Shown here: positions 10,931 to 20,470 of the stretch, piece after piece
How positions within the stretch are numbered: the first letter of the stretch is position 1
Layout of the letters: every line of letters starts with the position of its first letter
Origin: Antechinus flavipes
Taxonomy: Eukaryota
Length of the DNA: 64,000 nucleotides
Assembly: GCF_016432865.1 (NCBI RefSeq)
Contig: NC_067402.1
Location: 299,522,001 to 299,586,000 of the forward strand
Direction of reading: 5' to 3'
Translations under genes and position numbers: made by a program
Notes under the pieces: generated by a model
What the model was told of the DNA's origin: nothing
Seen by the model: only the letters and a program-made list of their open reading frames with translations
Databases searched by the model: none

Positions 10931-12659
10931 ATTTTCTTGGAGTCACAGGGGAGAGTTGAGTGCCAGGTGGATCCCAAGGCTATTCAACAAGGATGAGCAT
11001 CTCTGATGTGAGGGCTTGCCAAATTGCTCGACATGTATTTATAGTGTTACACTTTGAATGTCAAACTTTTTATTGAGTCATTTGTTTGAGAGGATAAGAA
11101 CAATTGGTGAAGTACTCTGTAAAAGTCAAAGCTGCTTCAACGATCCCCTAGGATGCTTTTCCAGGTGAGCCCCAGTCTGGGCCTGGTCTAAGGGGCCTCT
11201 CCCTCTCCCAGAGGCCGGCTCTCTCCTATCCAGCCTATGTGTGGCCTGGTGATCCAGTATTTATAGGACCAGGGTTGTTCATCCGCAAAAAGGATCCCCG
11301 AGTTAGGGTGCAGGCAGGTCATGGACCGCTTCTGATGTTTCAGGGTAAAACAATTCCCAGCCATGTGCAGGGGAAAGGCTCCCTAGATCAGCATCCTATT
11401 TATAGCAGAAAGCCCCAGGCAGTCGGAGTAGATAACCCACATGGTGCTCCATAAACAATCGGTTCCTTCAGAAAAAGAGAGAGAACTGAAGGGAGGAGGA
11501 GAGTGGAGGTGGGGAAAGGGAAGAGAAACACCTAGGAAAGGGAAAGAGAAGATGTAAACAAGAGAGCAAGGTGGTTTTTCTCCTTGGAAACCAAGTTAGC
11601 AATTGTGCCCTCCTTGAATTCTTTATGGAAATTGCCACAGTGCCTAGGGGGGCACTGGATTTGAACCTCCAAGAAAAATAACTGGCTTGGGAATTTCTAC
11701 AGCAAGCCCCAGGATCTTGGGTTTCCTTTTATCAATCAAGCTTGGAGGGCAGGAAGAGCCTGGAGGGTGAAGGCTGTCCCATGCCCCAACCTCAAGCAGA
11801 TCTGCAAAGTTTTCTGAGATCTTTCCAATCCTGAACTTCGACCTAGATTTCTAAGCCTTGAATGGGGGTGGAAACGAGCCATTACTGAAATTTTCTGATA
11901 CTGATTCAGAAAGGGAACAGCTTGGAGGAGGAAGGATCACGAATAATCACACTCAAAGCAATGGTGCATAAATCTGAGAACTTAATTATTGGTAGGAGAA
12001 GAATGGTCTGGAATGGTCAAAGTTTGGAAAATGGAAAGTATTTTGGCAGAAATTAGGTTTAGACCAATGACTTACAGCCAAGATATTCCTGAGCGCTGTC
12101 CCAGATATCAATGTGTGAGCAAGGTCAAATAAAGGGAACGGATGCATTCCCTAGGACAGAAAGCAATTTCTGAATATTTCTCTCTTACGCCTTTTTGCCC
12201 ACAAATTATAGCCAGAGAACGAGTGCAGATTCTAACAATGGGGTTTAGAGTGGTGATTAAGGGTGTGAAGTGCGGATTGGGCAAAAGAAAGCTAGGGTGA
12301 CAAAGCTTTCTTTTTCCCCTGGGGCCTGCAGGACTGAGGACTTTAGTGCGCACTGTCCTTTGGTGCAGAAACACTGGCTCTTGGACCTTCATCCTTACCT
12401 CAGAATCCTAAGGGCAGAACTATGCTGGCCCCAGGCTATATTGTGAGGCTGGGGCCAATAACCCTTGTGGTACATGTAGAGCTTCCCCAAACTCCCAAGG
12501 GTGGGGTGTCCTGAGCTCCTAAAACACGGCCACACGGGACGCTCAAAGCTCCAGCAAGGGTAGACTAAGAGTTCCCTAAGGCGCTTGTACTGAGCGGTGG
12601 GGCTCCCCAAATGCTTTTAGGGTGGAGCTTCCAAAAAGAAAGAAGTTCCTCACACCCTA

Positions 12660-12730
12660 AAGGAGTGGGGGCGTGGTTCCGCAGAGTCTTTGTGGCCTAG
12701 GGGCGGGGATCTCCAAATCACTCTTTAGAG
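12660..12730 (+). promoter_or_regulatory. Putative TATA-less promoter of Ras-like gene A (two GC boxes)
   Basis: GGGGGCGTGG (~12667) and GGGGCGGGG (~12700) Sp/KLF-type boxes at conserved spacing in units A, B (~31385-31430) and C (~46489-46550). A CpG-rich tract follows. Confidence 0.45.
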
Positions 12731-13560
12731 CCCTAGCACTGAGCAGGAAGAGGACCTCTACTCCATTTCTTATTGTACAACTCTTAAAGACTATACCTGA
12801 ATGCGACCTGACTGGGTATTTTTACAGCTCCGAAACGGTATGTAGAGGCCAGCTGATTAGTTCATGTTAGCGGGATGTTCTGGGTGCTCATTGAGCCCAG
12901 TCTCAGTTAACAGCAATGGGGTGGGTGGCACGTGGATCCCAAGTTAGTGCCATCTTGGACTGCATCAATGCGGGAGGTATTGACGGAGCTCGGCTCCTCG
13001 TGGGGCCGGATTAGTGCGGGCAGTGCCGCTGGGCTCGCCTCCCTCCCCCCACCTTAGTTGCCTGAGCCCATACACTTTGGGTTTAGATGCAGGTTGAGAT
13101 GGGGGAGCCCAGTTTACAGCCGAGCCGGCCAGGGACTCTCGGCCCCTTTGATGCAGGAGCTGCAGACCCGGCAGCCGCCCAAACCGAAGCTCTTTGGGCT
13201 ACATTACTGTGGAGGAGCGTGGCCTGTAGAAATAATGAGCATTCTCTGGCCTCCTAGAACCTTCGGAATTGACCGCGGGGTCTTCTGGTCGGTCGGGGGT
13301 TTGAGAAGGGCGCCAGTGAATCCGAGAGTGTCTTGGAGAAGCCGGACAGAATGGGAGGGCCTGGAGCCCACGTGCTCTAATGGGTTTGGAATTGGTCAGA
13401 AGAACCAGAGGAGTCAGAGATTTTTAGTATCTGAAGTTCTTTCCCTGGGGGGAGGGTTGAACCTTGTTCAGGTGGGCCCAGAGAGCTGAAAGGGGGCGGG
13501 GAAGAGGTTTGGCAAAGAATTAAAACTGGAGGCCAGAGAAGTGACCTCCTGTGAAATGGG

Positions 13561-13588
13561 CTGACTTCTTGCAGCTTCTTCCTTGCAG
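13561..13588 (+). promoter_or_regulatory. Putative splice acceptor upstream of the Ras-like start codon
   Basis: CTGAC branch-like motif, a pyrimidine tract and TTGCAG, with AG at 13587-13588, 43 nt before the ATG. Conserved in unit C (AG at 47415-47416). Confidence 0.4.
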
Positions 13589-13631
13589 CCTGGAAAGTGA
13601 CTAGAGGCCACTTGAGCCCTTTCCAGTTCTC

Positions 13632-14192
13632 ATGGCTTCTTGTGTCCATACCTCCATCGGTGATTCAGACGGACTCACAACCAAGATGTATAAGTTGGCG
13701 GTGATGGGCACCTGTTCTGTGGGCAAGAGTGCACTGATCATGCAGTTTAGTAGGAATCATTTTGTGACGGAGTATGACCCCACGACCCAAGATTTCTATA
13801 GTAAGGATACAATGGTGGACGAAGAGCAGTGTCAGCTGGACATCATGGATACCACAGGCAATGGAGCATTTTATTATCTGAGGGATGAGTCCATAAGCTG
13901 GGGAGAGGGATTCCTCTTGGTCTATGCAGTGAATGACCTCTACTCTTTTGAGAATGTGAATTTCTTCTGGGACATTCTGCAGTGGCTCAAGGGCACCGAC
14001 CGCGTACCCGTGGTGTTGGTGGCAAACAAAGTAGACGTGACCAACAGGCTGGTGGACCCCACAATGGGCCAGGAGGTGGCCAGGAGCTTCGGGTTCCCTT
14101 ATGTGGAGACCTCAGCCAAGACTGGACAAGGTGTGGAGCAAGCCTTCCATGAGCTGGTTCGAGAAATTCAGAGGAAGCGAGCTGAGGAGTAA
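13632..14192 (+). CDS. Ras-subfamily small GTPase (ERAS-like architecture), copy A; 186 aa, C-terminally truncated, no CAAX
   Basis: All G boxes present: GTCSVGKS, T35, DTTG, NKVD, ETSAK. Collinear with HRAS at an offset of 16. A TAA at 14190-14192 precedes an in-frame tail LKILPNTEQKEACGCKCCTIQ* ending at 14258. Confidence 0.82.
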   Translation: MASCVHTSIGDSDGLTTKMYKLAVMGTCSVGKSALIMQFSRNHFVTEYDPTTQDFYSKDTMVDEEQCQLDIMDTTGNGAFYYLRDESISWGEGFLLVYAVNDLYSFENVNFFWDILQWLKGTDRVPVVLVANKVDVTNRLVDPTMGQEVARSFGFPYVETSAKTGQGVEQAFHELVREIQRKRAEE

Positions 14193-14996
14193 CTCAAGAT
14201 TCTCCCTAATACTGAGCAGAAGGAGGCCTGTGGGTGCAAGTGTTGCACCATCCAGTGAACAGGTACACCCTTATCCTGATCCTGCCCCCTAATTCCCCTC
14301 TCCCCTGGCCTAGAATATCTCCAGATCCCCTGGCCACTCCCCAGCCTTCAAGACCTTCATCTGGACCCTTCCTTCTGCCTGCTCTTCACTTCCAAGCCCT
14401 TTTGGGCCTTTTAAACAGGAGCCACTTGGAGGGACCCGTCTGTGTTTCTATATTAAGAGTTTTGTTTTGGATTTTTCCTTTTGATTCGCCTTTTGAGCAG
14501 GAATGACTTAAGTCAATGCCTGGATATCCTGAACAGGCAAGGAAAGACTCCATTTCTCCTTGAGTGCGCAGCCTCCCCCAGCCTCTCTGGCTGCCAGAGG
14601 CCCCAGAGAAAGCCAACTTCCTGGAGGCTTTCTCTCCAGTCCGACCCTCATCTTCAGCAGCCTCCTCTGCCTTCCTAGAGGCCATCTGTGGGGTTTTCTT
14701 TATTGAGCTTTCTCTTGCTCTCCCAACTGAGACCCTGCCTCCGGAGACCAGGGCAAAGGGGTTCTCTCTCCTGCCCCTGGACTTGGTGTATTTGCTGTCT
14801 GGAGCCAGGTCACCACCCCTGTTGTGTCCCAGAAGACCTTGTTTGTGGTGTTGGTGAGGAGCCCTGCTCTGAACTGGTCCCCATTCAGTGACCTTAAAGA
14901 CCAGACCGGAGGGGTGGGGGGGAGGAGGGATTTTTTTTTTTTGTTACTCATGTTGAGCGTGTTTGTTTTCAACTTGCTTATCATCTGGAGCACTTT

Positions 14997-15158
14997 TTTT
15001 GTTTTTCTTTTGTTTTCTTTTTTTTCTGAGGCGATTGGAGTTAAGTGACTTGCCCGGGCCACACTGTTAGGAAATGTTAAGTGTCTGAAGCCAGATTTGA
15101 ACTCTAGTCTTCCAAAATTTGGGGCTGATGCTGCAACCTCTGCCCATCTAGCTGCCCC
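14997..15158 (-). mobile_element. Marsupial CORE SINE (WSINE1-like) with A-tail and 12-bp TSD, in the Ras 3' UTR
   Basis: Ends CTAGCTGCCCC (reverse of the GGGGCAGCTAG start). T-rich tail at left. TSD CTGGAGCACTTT at 14985-14996 and 15158-15169. Absent at the paralogous site of unit C (~48818). Confidence 0.9.
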
Positions 15159-15611
15159 TGGAGCACTTTGAATAGCAGTGAGGGCTTTGGGCGGAATGGG
15201 GCTGCCTCCTACCAGCAGGATGCCTTTAGACATAAGTGCTATTAAAATTTGTTTTAGCAGCCAGATGCACCCCTTTAGACATTGCAAGTTGAATTACTTT
15301 AATTGCCTCCAAGAGAAGTGGAGTGGGGGGGCCTGGCTATAAATGTTCTGAGCAGATACCTTACAGCTGCAAGTCAGGTGGGAGTCTGCTAAGGAGCCTT
15401 CTGACAGGGGCATCTTTTGTATTATCTCAGGATTTATGGTGAAAAGGGCAGGGGGTGATTTTCCTGTTTCAGTTAAAAGTATTAAGGATTCTAAAAATAC
15501 CTGTTTGGTTTTAGGGGTGGGGAGTGAATGGGAAGAGGAATTCATTTTAAGGGACTTCCTTCACACTTGGATTCAAAGTTGATTCTTTTTCTTTTTCTTG
15601 GATTACTTATA

Positions 15612-15617
15612 AATAAA
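15612..15617 (+). terminator. Polyadenylation signal of Ras-like gene A
   Basis: AATAAA followed by a GT-rich downstream element (gttttggtttgtttatacgtgtgtttctgg). Conserved in B (34330-34335) and C (49206-49211). Confidence 0.6.
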
Positions 15618-16079
15618 AGTTTTGGTTTGTTTATACGTGTGTTTCTGGTAGTTTCTTATGGGTTGATATGCTTGGGGTAGGAATCACATGAGGATAGTAT
15701 GGCCTAGTGGAGAGAGAACTGGGTTTGGGAGTGAGTGTTGTAGCTGTGGGACCTTGGTTTTCAGTTTTCTCACCAGTAAGAAGTGGGGAAGGAGAAGGAG
15801 AGGGTTGGTCTAGAATCTCAGATCCCTCTTAACTTTACCAGTAGAGGGGGTCTAAATCTATGAAGCTCCGTTCAATGGGATGATAGTGATCCCTAGAAAT
15901 ACTTTTATCCATCATCTACACATCAAGTGTCATAATATTTATCTCTGATTCTATCATCTCTGTAATAATTAATCATCTCTATTAATGTCATCACTTATTA
16001 TAGCCCAGTCCTATATCATCTATTATCTCTCATCTTTTTATGTAGTTGTCATTTCTCTCTACACACTCCCTCCACCCCA

Positions 16080-17220
16080 TTTTTAATTTAACATGATCAA
16101 AAATACTCATTTTGCATTTCATAATGTTCTCTACTTCTTTGTCCAAAATTTCCTCCCTTCTGACAAGGCAGACTATTCCTTGTTCTCCTAATTTGCCTAT
16201 AATATCTCCCTTTATATTGAAATCATGAACCCATTTTGACCTTATGTTGGTGTGTAGGGTATTAGATATTAGTCAATGCCTAGGTTTTGTGCCATAGTAT
16301 TTTCCAATTTTCCTAGCCATTTTTATCCAATAGAAGTCTCAGCCCAGAAACTGGCATCTTTGGGTTTAATCAAACAATTGATCACTATAGTCATTGACCA
16401 TTTTGTCTTGTATACTTCATCTATTCCACTGATTCTCTACTCTTAGTCCAGCCAACGATTTTAAAGACTGCCTCTTAATAAATATGGGATTAGGTCCAGT
16501 ATGGCTAGGCAACCTTCTTCTTCAGCATTCATTTTACAAGATTTTGAATTCCCAAGTTATCTTCCTCTTTCTTTCCTCTACCCTCTTTTGGAAGGCAGCT
16601 ATGCTCACCACTATACCACCAACGCCCCTCTACACTCTTTTGAAGAAGAGATGTAGTTTGATCTCTTTATATCTGAGTTATCATGTAAGACACAACTCCA
16701 CATTAGTCACAGTGTGAAAGAAGAACCTGATTAAAAGGAAAAAATGAGAAAAGAAAAACAATGCTTCAATCTGCATTAAGAGTCTGTCAGTTCTATATCA
16801 GTTCTTTGCAGGTGTCTCAGATCATTCTGTTGCAGAGAAGAGCAGAATTTCTCATAGTTGATCATACAATGTTGCTGATGCTGTGCACAATGTTTTCCTG
16901 ATTCTGCTCATTTCACTTTGAGTTTGTACAAGTCTTTCCAGGTTTTTCTGAAATCTGCCTGTTCATTTCGTAGTGTACAATAATATTCCTTTATATTCCT
17001 ATAGCACAACTTATTCAGCCATTCCCCAATTGTTGGGCTTCCCCCTCAGTTTCCAATATTTTGCCACCCTGAAAAGGACTCCTATAAATATTTTTGCATA
17101 TTCACATATATGTTTATGTATTTATATCATTTCCTTTTTGTGATTTGTGACATTTATGTCCTTTCCTTATCTCTTTGGGATACAGACCTAGTAGTGGTAT
17201 TGCCCAGTCAAAGTGTATGA
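16080..17220 (-). mobile_element. LINE-1 ORF2/3' UTR fragments, antisense
   Basis: Paralogous to 1-830 and 49690-50800. The B copy translates (35569-35787) as AKYWKLKGSPTIGEWLNKLCYRNIKEYYCTLRNE, the L1 ORF2 C-terminus. Confidence 0.85.
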
Positions 17221-17229
17221 CTTATCTTA

Positions 17230-17720
17230 CATTATGTATAATGGAGATAAACTAGAAGCTTTTCCCATAAATTCAGGGTGAAACTGTGATGTTCACTGTC
17301 ACCACTTCTGTCTGACATGGTATGAGAAATGTTAACTGGCACGAAGATGAAAAGAAAATTGAGGGAATAACTATAGGAAGTCAAGAAGATTCACAATTAT
17401 CACCTTTGCAGGTGATATATTGATGTACCTAAAGAACTTAATTCAGGTAAAAATTAATTGCAATAATACTTTTAGCAAATTTGCAGGAAACAAAAATATC
17501 CACACACATCACTGACATTTTAAACTAATACCAATAAATATAGGAAACTAAAGAGAAATATCACATAAAATCACTATAAAATATATAAAATAATTTGGAA
17601 TTTCCCTACCAAGATAAATACGTAAGAATTATAAAAATACAACTGCAAGTAACTGCGTATTTGCACAGCCAAATAATTGGAAAAGTTATATATTAATTGC
17701 TCACAAAATTAAATAAAATG
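17230..17720 (+). mobile_element. LINE-1 ORF2 reverse-transcriptase fragment, sense
   Basis: AATGGAGATAAACTAGAAGCTTTTCCCATAAATTCAGGGGTG-like start (GDKLEAFPINSGV). TTTGCAGGTGATATATTGATGTACCTA translates FAGDILMYL, a degenerate FADD motif. Confidence 0.75.
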
Positions 17721-18420
17721 GTTGCTGGCAGATGTGTGCCTGAATGCAGAGAAAAGTATTCATATTAACATTTTGTATTAGGTACTAGTAGCATCCGATA
17801 GTATCAATTGAGGAAAAGGAGTTATTAGTGCTGTTATTAGTTACTCCCATTGCTCTAGGGATTTCTGGGAGCCAATGAAAGAAGGGTTTTTTGGGTAATC
17901 TCTAGAGCCATTCTTGGAAGATGCAGAGCTTAGAGTCTAGCAGAGCTTGTGCCTACCTTGTGGTGTGAGGGCCACCAGGCTAATCCTCTGGAGAAGAGTT
18001 CTTACATCTTTCCTATTTTTGTGTCTTTGCATACCCATATTTTATGATAAAAATTATTCTGCTTACTTCACGGTCTTTGTTAATATAAATCATTGTGCTC
18101 ACTTTACTTTATTTGTTCATAAAATTTTTCCTAAAACAATCCATTTTGTCACTTTTTACACAATATCATATTACATCATATACAGTATTGCATTCATATA
18201 CTAAGATTTGTTTAAAAATTAACCCACATTTGATAAGTACTCTATAGTATACATTTCCTATAATTTTATGGCCATATGGGTTACTTTTCTCCTTTCATCT
18301 CAATTGATAACTTTGGTAGCCAGAAAATACTCACAGAGCAGTGACATTTTAGGTATAGTTCCAAATTGCTTTACAGATTGGCCTATATATATGTACATAT
18401 ATAATGTCTATATGCATCAG

Positions 18421-18436
18421 TACATGTGCGCGCATG

Positions 18437-18476
<40 letters not shown>
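18421..18476. repeat. Alternating purine-pyrimidine tract (GC)n/(CA)n
   Basis: tacatgtgcgcgcatgcgcgcgcacaca... is uninterrupted alternation. The paralog lies at ~37141-37188. Confidence 0.9.
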
Positions 18477-18478
<2 letters not shown>

Positions 18479-19471
18479 GACAATAGATATAACCAGCAGT
18501 CTGTTTTCATAGCAAAGATAATTGGCAAGTACAAGTGAAAATCATTGTGGCTGGTGTGGCTAGCCTCTGTCCATGATCCTGGGTTATTCTAAAAAAATAG
18601 CCACCTCATTTCTAGGAAAGATTTTAGACATGGAAAAAAGGAGATGGAGGGAAGCATATTCTCAAAGGAGAATAGGGATTAGGAAAGACTTCTGGTAGAA
18701 GATGAACTTAGCTGGGATTTGAACAAAGCTAGAAAATAATTTGTCCTTAATCACTTCAATACACTTAGAGGATATTGGAAAGTATCCACGTGACTTATAA
18801 ATCCAGGTGTCAGCTGCACAGGTTATTTCCATGTTAGTGCAGATCCATGTCATCAAGCAAGGTGAGGGAAAATCTGAGTCTTCTGAAAAACTGGCAACAA
18901 TTATGAGGAATACACAGAAACAGAAGTTTTGAAGAGAAGAACAGACTCACTGGGGATTTTAATCACAGAGGAAAGATATCTATGGGAGAACCAAGAATCA
19001 AATTCCAAGTGGTCTGCCTCACTTTTCCTTGCTCATAGGCACGCTTTATACTCAACTTTCCCAAGTAAAAACAATACAACATCTGTCCACTTTGAAAATT
19101 TGAAGTTGGTGTCTTCTCCACCAGAAAATAATCAGTTCAGAAACTGTCTCTTCTAGGAGAAGGGCTCCTTTCTCTCTCTCTTCTTTAGTCCTATCATATT
19201 GGACTAAGAAGGTCCTCTCCTTTGGCTTATTGAAGAGAAGTCATGACTTAGTGAATATTACTATAGTGGCAGAAACTAGGTGAATCCTACAGTCTGTTTC
19301 CATAGCAGAGAACATTTGGAAAATAAAGTGAAGGTTTCAGTGCCTAATGTTGCTAACCCTTGTCCATGGTCCCGAATTGTCTAAGAAAGTGGATGCCCTG
19401 TATCTAGGTCAGCTGAGTCCCTAGAAAAATCATGCACGTGTTTCTACTGGGTTTATACCCCAAAGAGAACT

Positions 19472-20470
19472 GCTATAAATATTTTTGCACATGCATATAT
19501 ATTTATGTATTCATGTCCTTTCCTTTTTGTGTGATCTCTTTGGGATACAGACCTAGTACTGGTATCACCCAAAGTATATGCACTGTTGGTTGCTCTTTGG
19601 GCACAGCTCCAAATAACTCTAAGAATGGTTGGATCAGTTCAGGACTCCCACACTACATTAGGTGTTTCAATTTTCCCTGTCTTCAACATTTATCACTTTC
19701 CTTTTTTGTCATATTGGCCAATCTGATAGGGGTGAGGTGGTCTCTCAGAGTTGTTTTAATTTGCATTTCTTTAATCAAGTGATTTGGAGCACTTCTTCAT
19801 TTGTCTAGAGAAAGCTTTGATTATTTCATTTGAAATCTGCCTGCTCATATCCTTTGATTTATCTATTGGGGAGTAAATTTTATTCTAATAAATTTGGCTC
19901 ATAGTTCACTAATAAGGCTTTCTTGGAGGTTCTTATTGTAAAGATTGTTTTCCAGCTTTCTGCTTTCCTTCTAGTCTTGGTAGTATTTGGTTTGGTTTGT
20001 ATAAAAGCTTTTTAAATTTGATTTAATCAAGATGATTTATTTTGCATGTTGTAATGTTCTCTCTGTTTGATCAAAAATATTCCCTCTTCCCATAACTTTG
20101 ATAGATAGACTATTCTTTGCTCTTCTAATTTCCTTATCCCCCTTTATCTCTAGATCACATGGCCATTCAGATCTTATTTTAGCATAAAGTAAGAGATACT
20201 GGTCTATACATAGTTTGTGTCCAATTCCCCCCCCCCAAGTTTTCCCAGTTTTGTCAAATAGTGAGTTCTTATCCCTGAAGTCTTTAGGTTCATCAAACAG
20301 TAGAGAACTATAGTCTTTGACTATTATAACTTATGTACCTAATTTCCTTCTCTGATTCACTATTTCTTGGCCAATACCAGATGGTTTTGATGAGATCTGA
20401 TAGTGCTAGACTACCTTCCTTTGTTATTTCATCCCAGTTGTTTTCCTTGATATCGTGACCTTTTTTTCCC
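19472..20470 (-). mobile_element. LINE-1 fragment, antisense (copy of 737-1740)
   Basis: Near-identical to 737-1740. Confidence 0.85.

Larger units (their letters stand above)
737..19471. repeat. Segmental duplication unit A (~18.7 kb) of a recent tandem duplication
   Basis: Near-identical to 19472-38171 throughout. ORF offsets are 18720-18735 (2273/21008, 8973/27693, 13632/32352). Confidence 0.97.

Noticed and set aside
13058-13489. 143-aa ORF upstream of Ras A (and 31777-32208)
   Set aside because: It has no recognisable domain, starts at a non-ATG codon, and the frame is not preserved in unit C. It probably lies in the 5' intron.
13632-14192. Assigning the symbol ERAS, MRAS or DIRAS to the GTPase
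   Set aside because: Features are mixed: ERAS-like gene layout and PTIQDSY, MRAS-like VANKVD and AFHDLVR, DIRAS-like DTTG, HRAS-like ETSAKTxQGVE. No syntenic neighbour is visible, so a phylogeny is needed.
14190-14196. Programmed stop-codon readthrough restoring the CAAX tail in A and B
   Set aside because: The stop is TAA followed by CTC, not the leaky TGA-CTA context. An intact tail is explained equally well by a recent nonsense change. It is not claimed without ribosome-profiling data.
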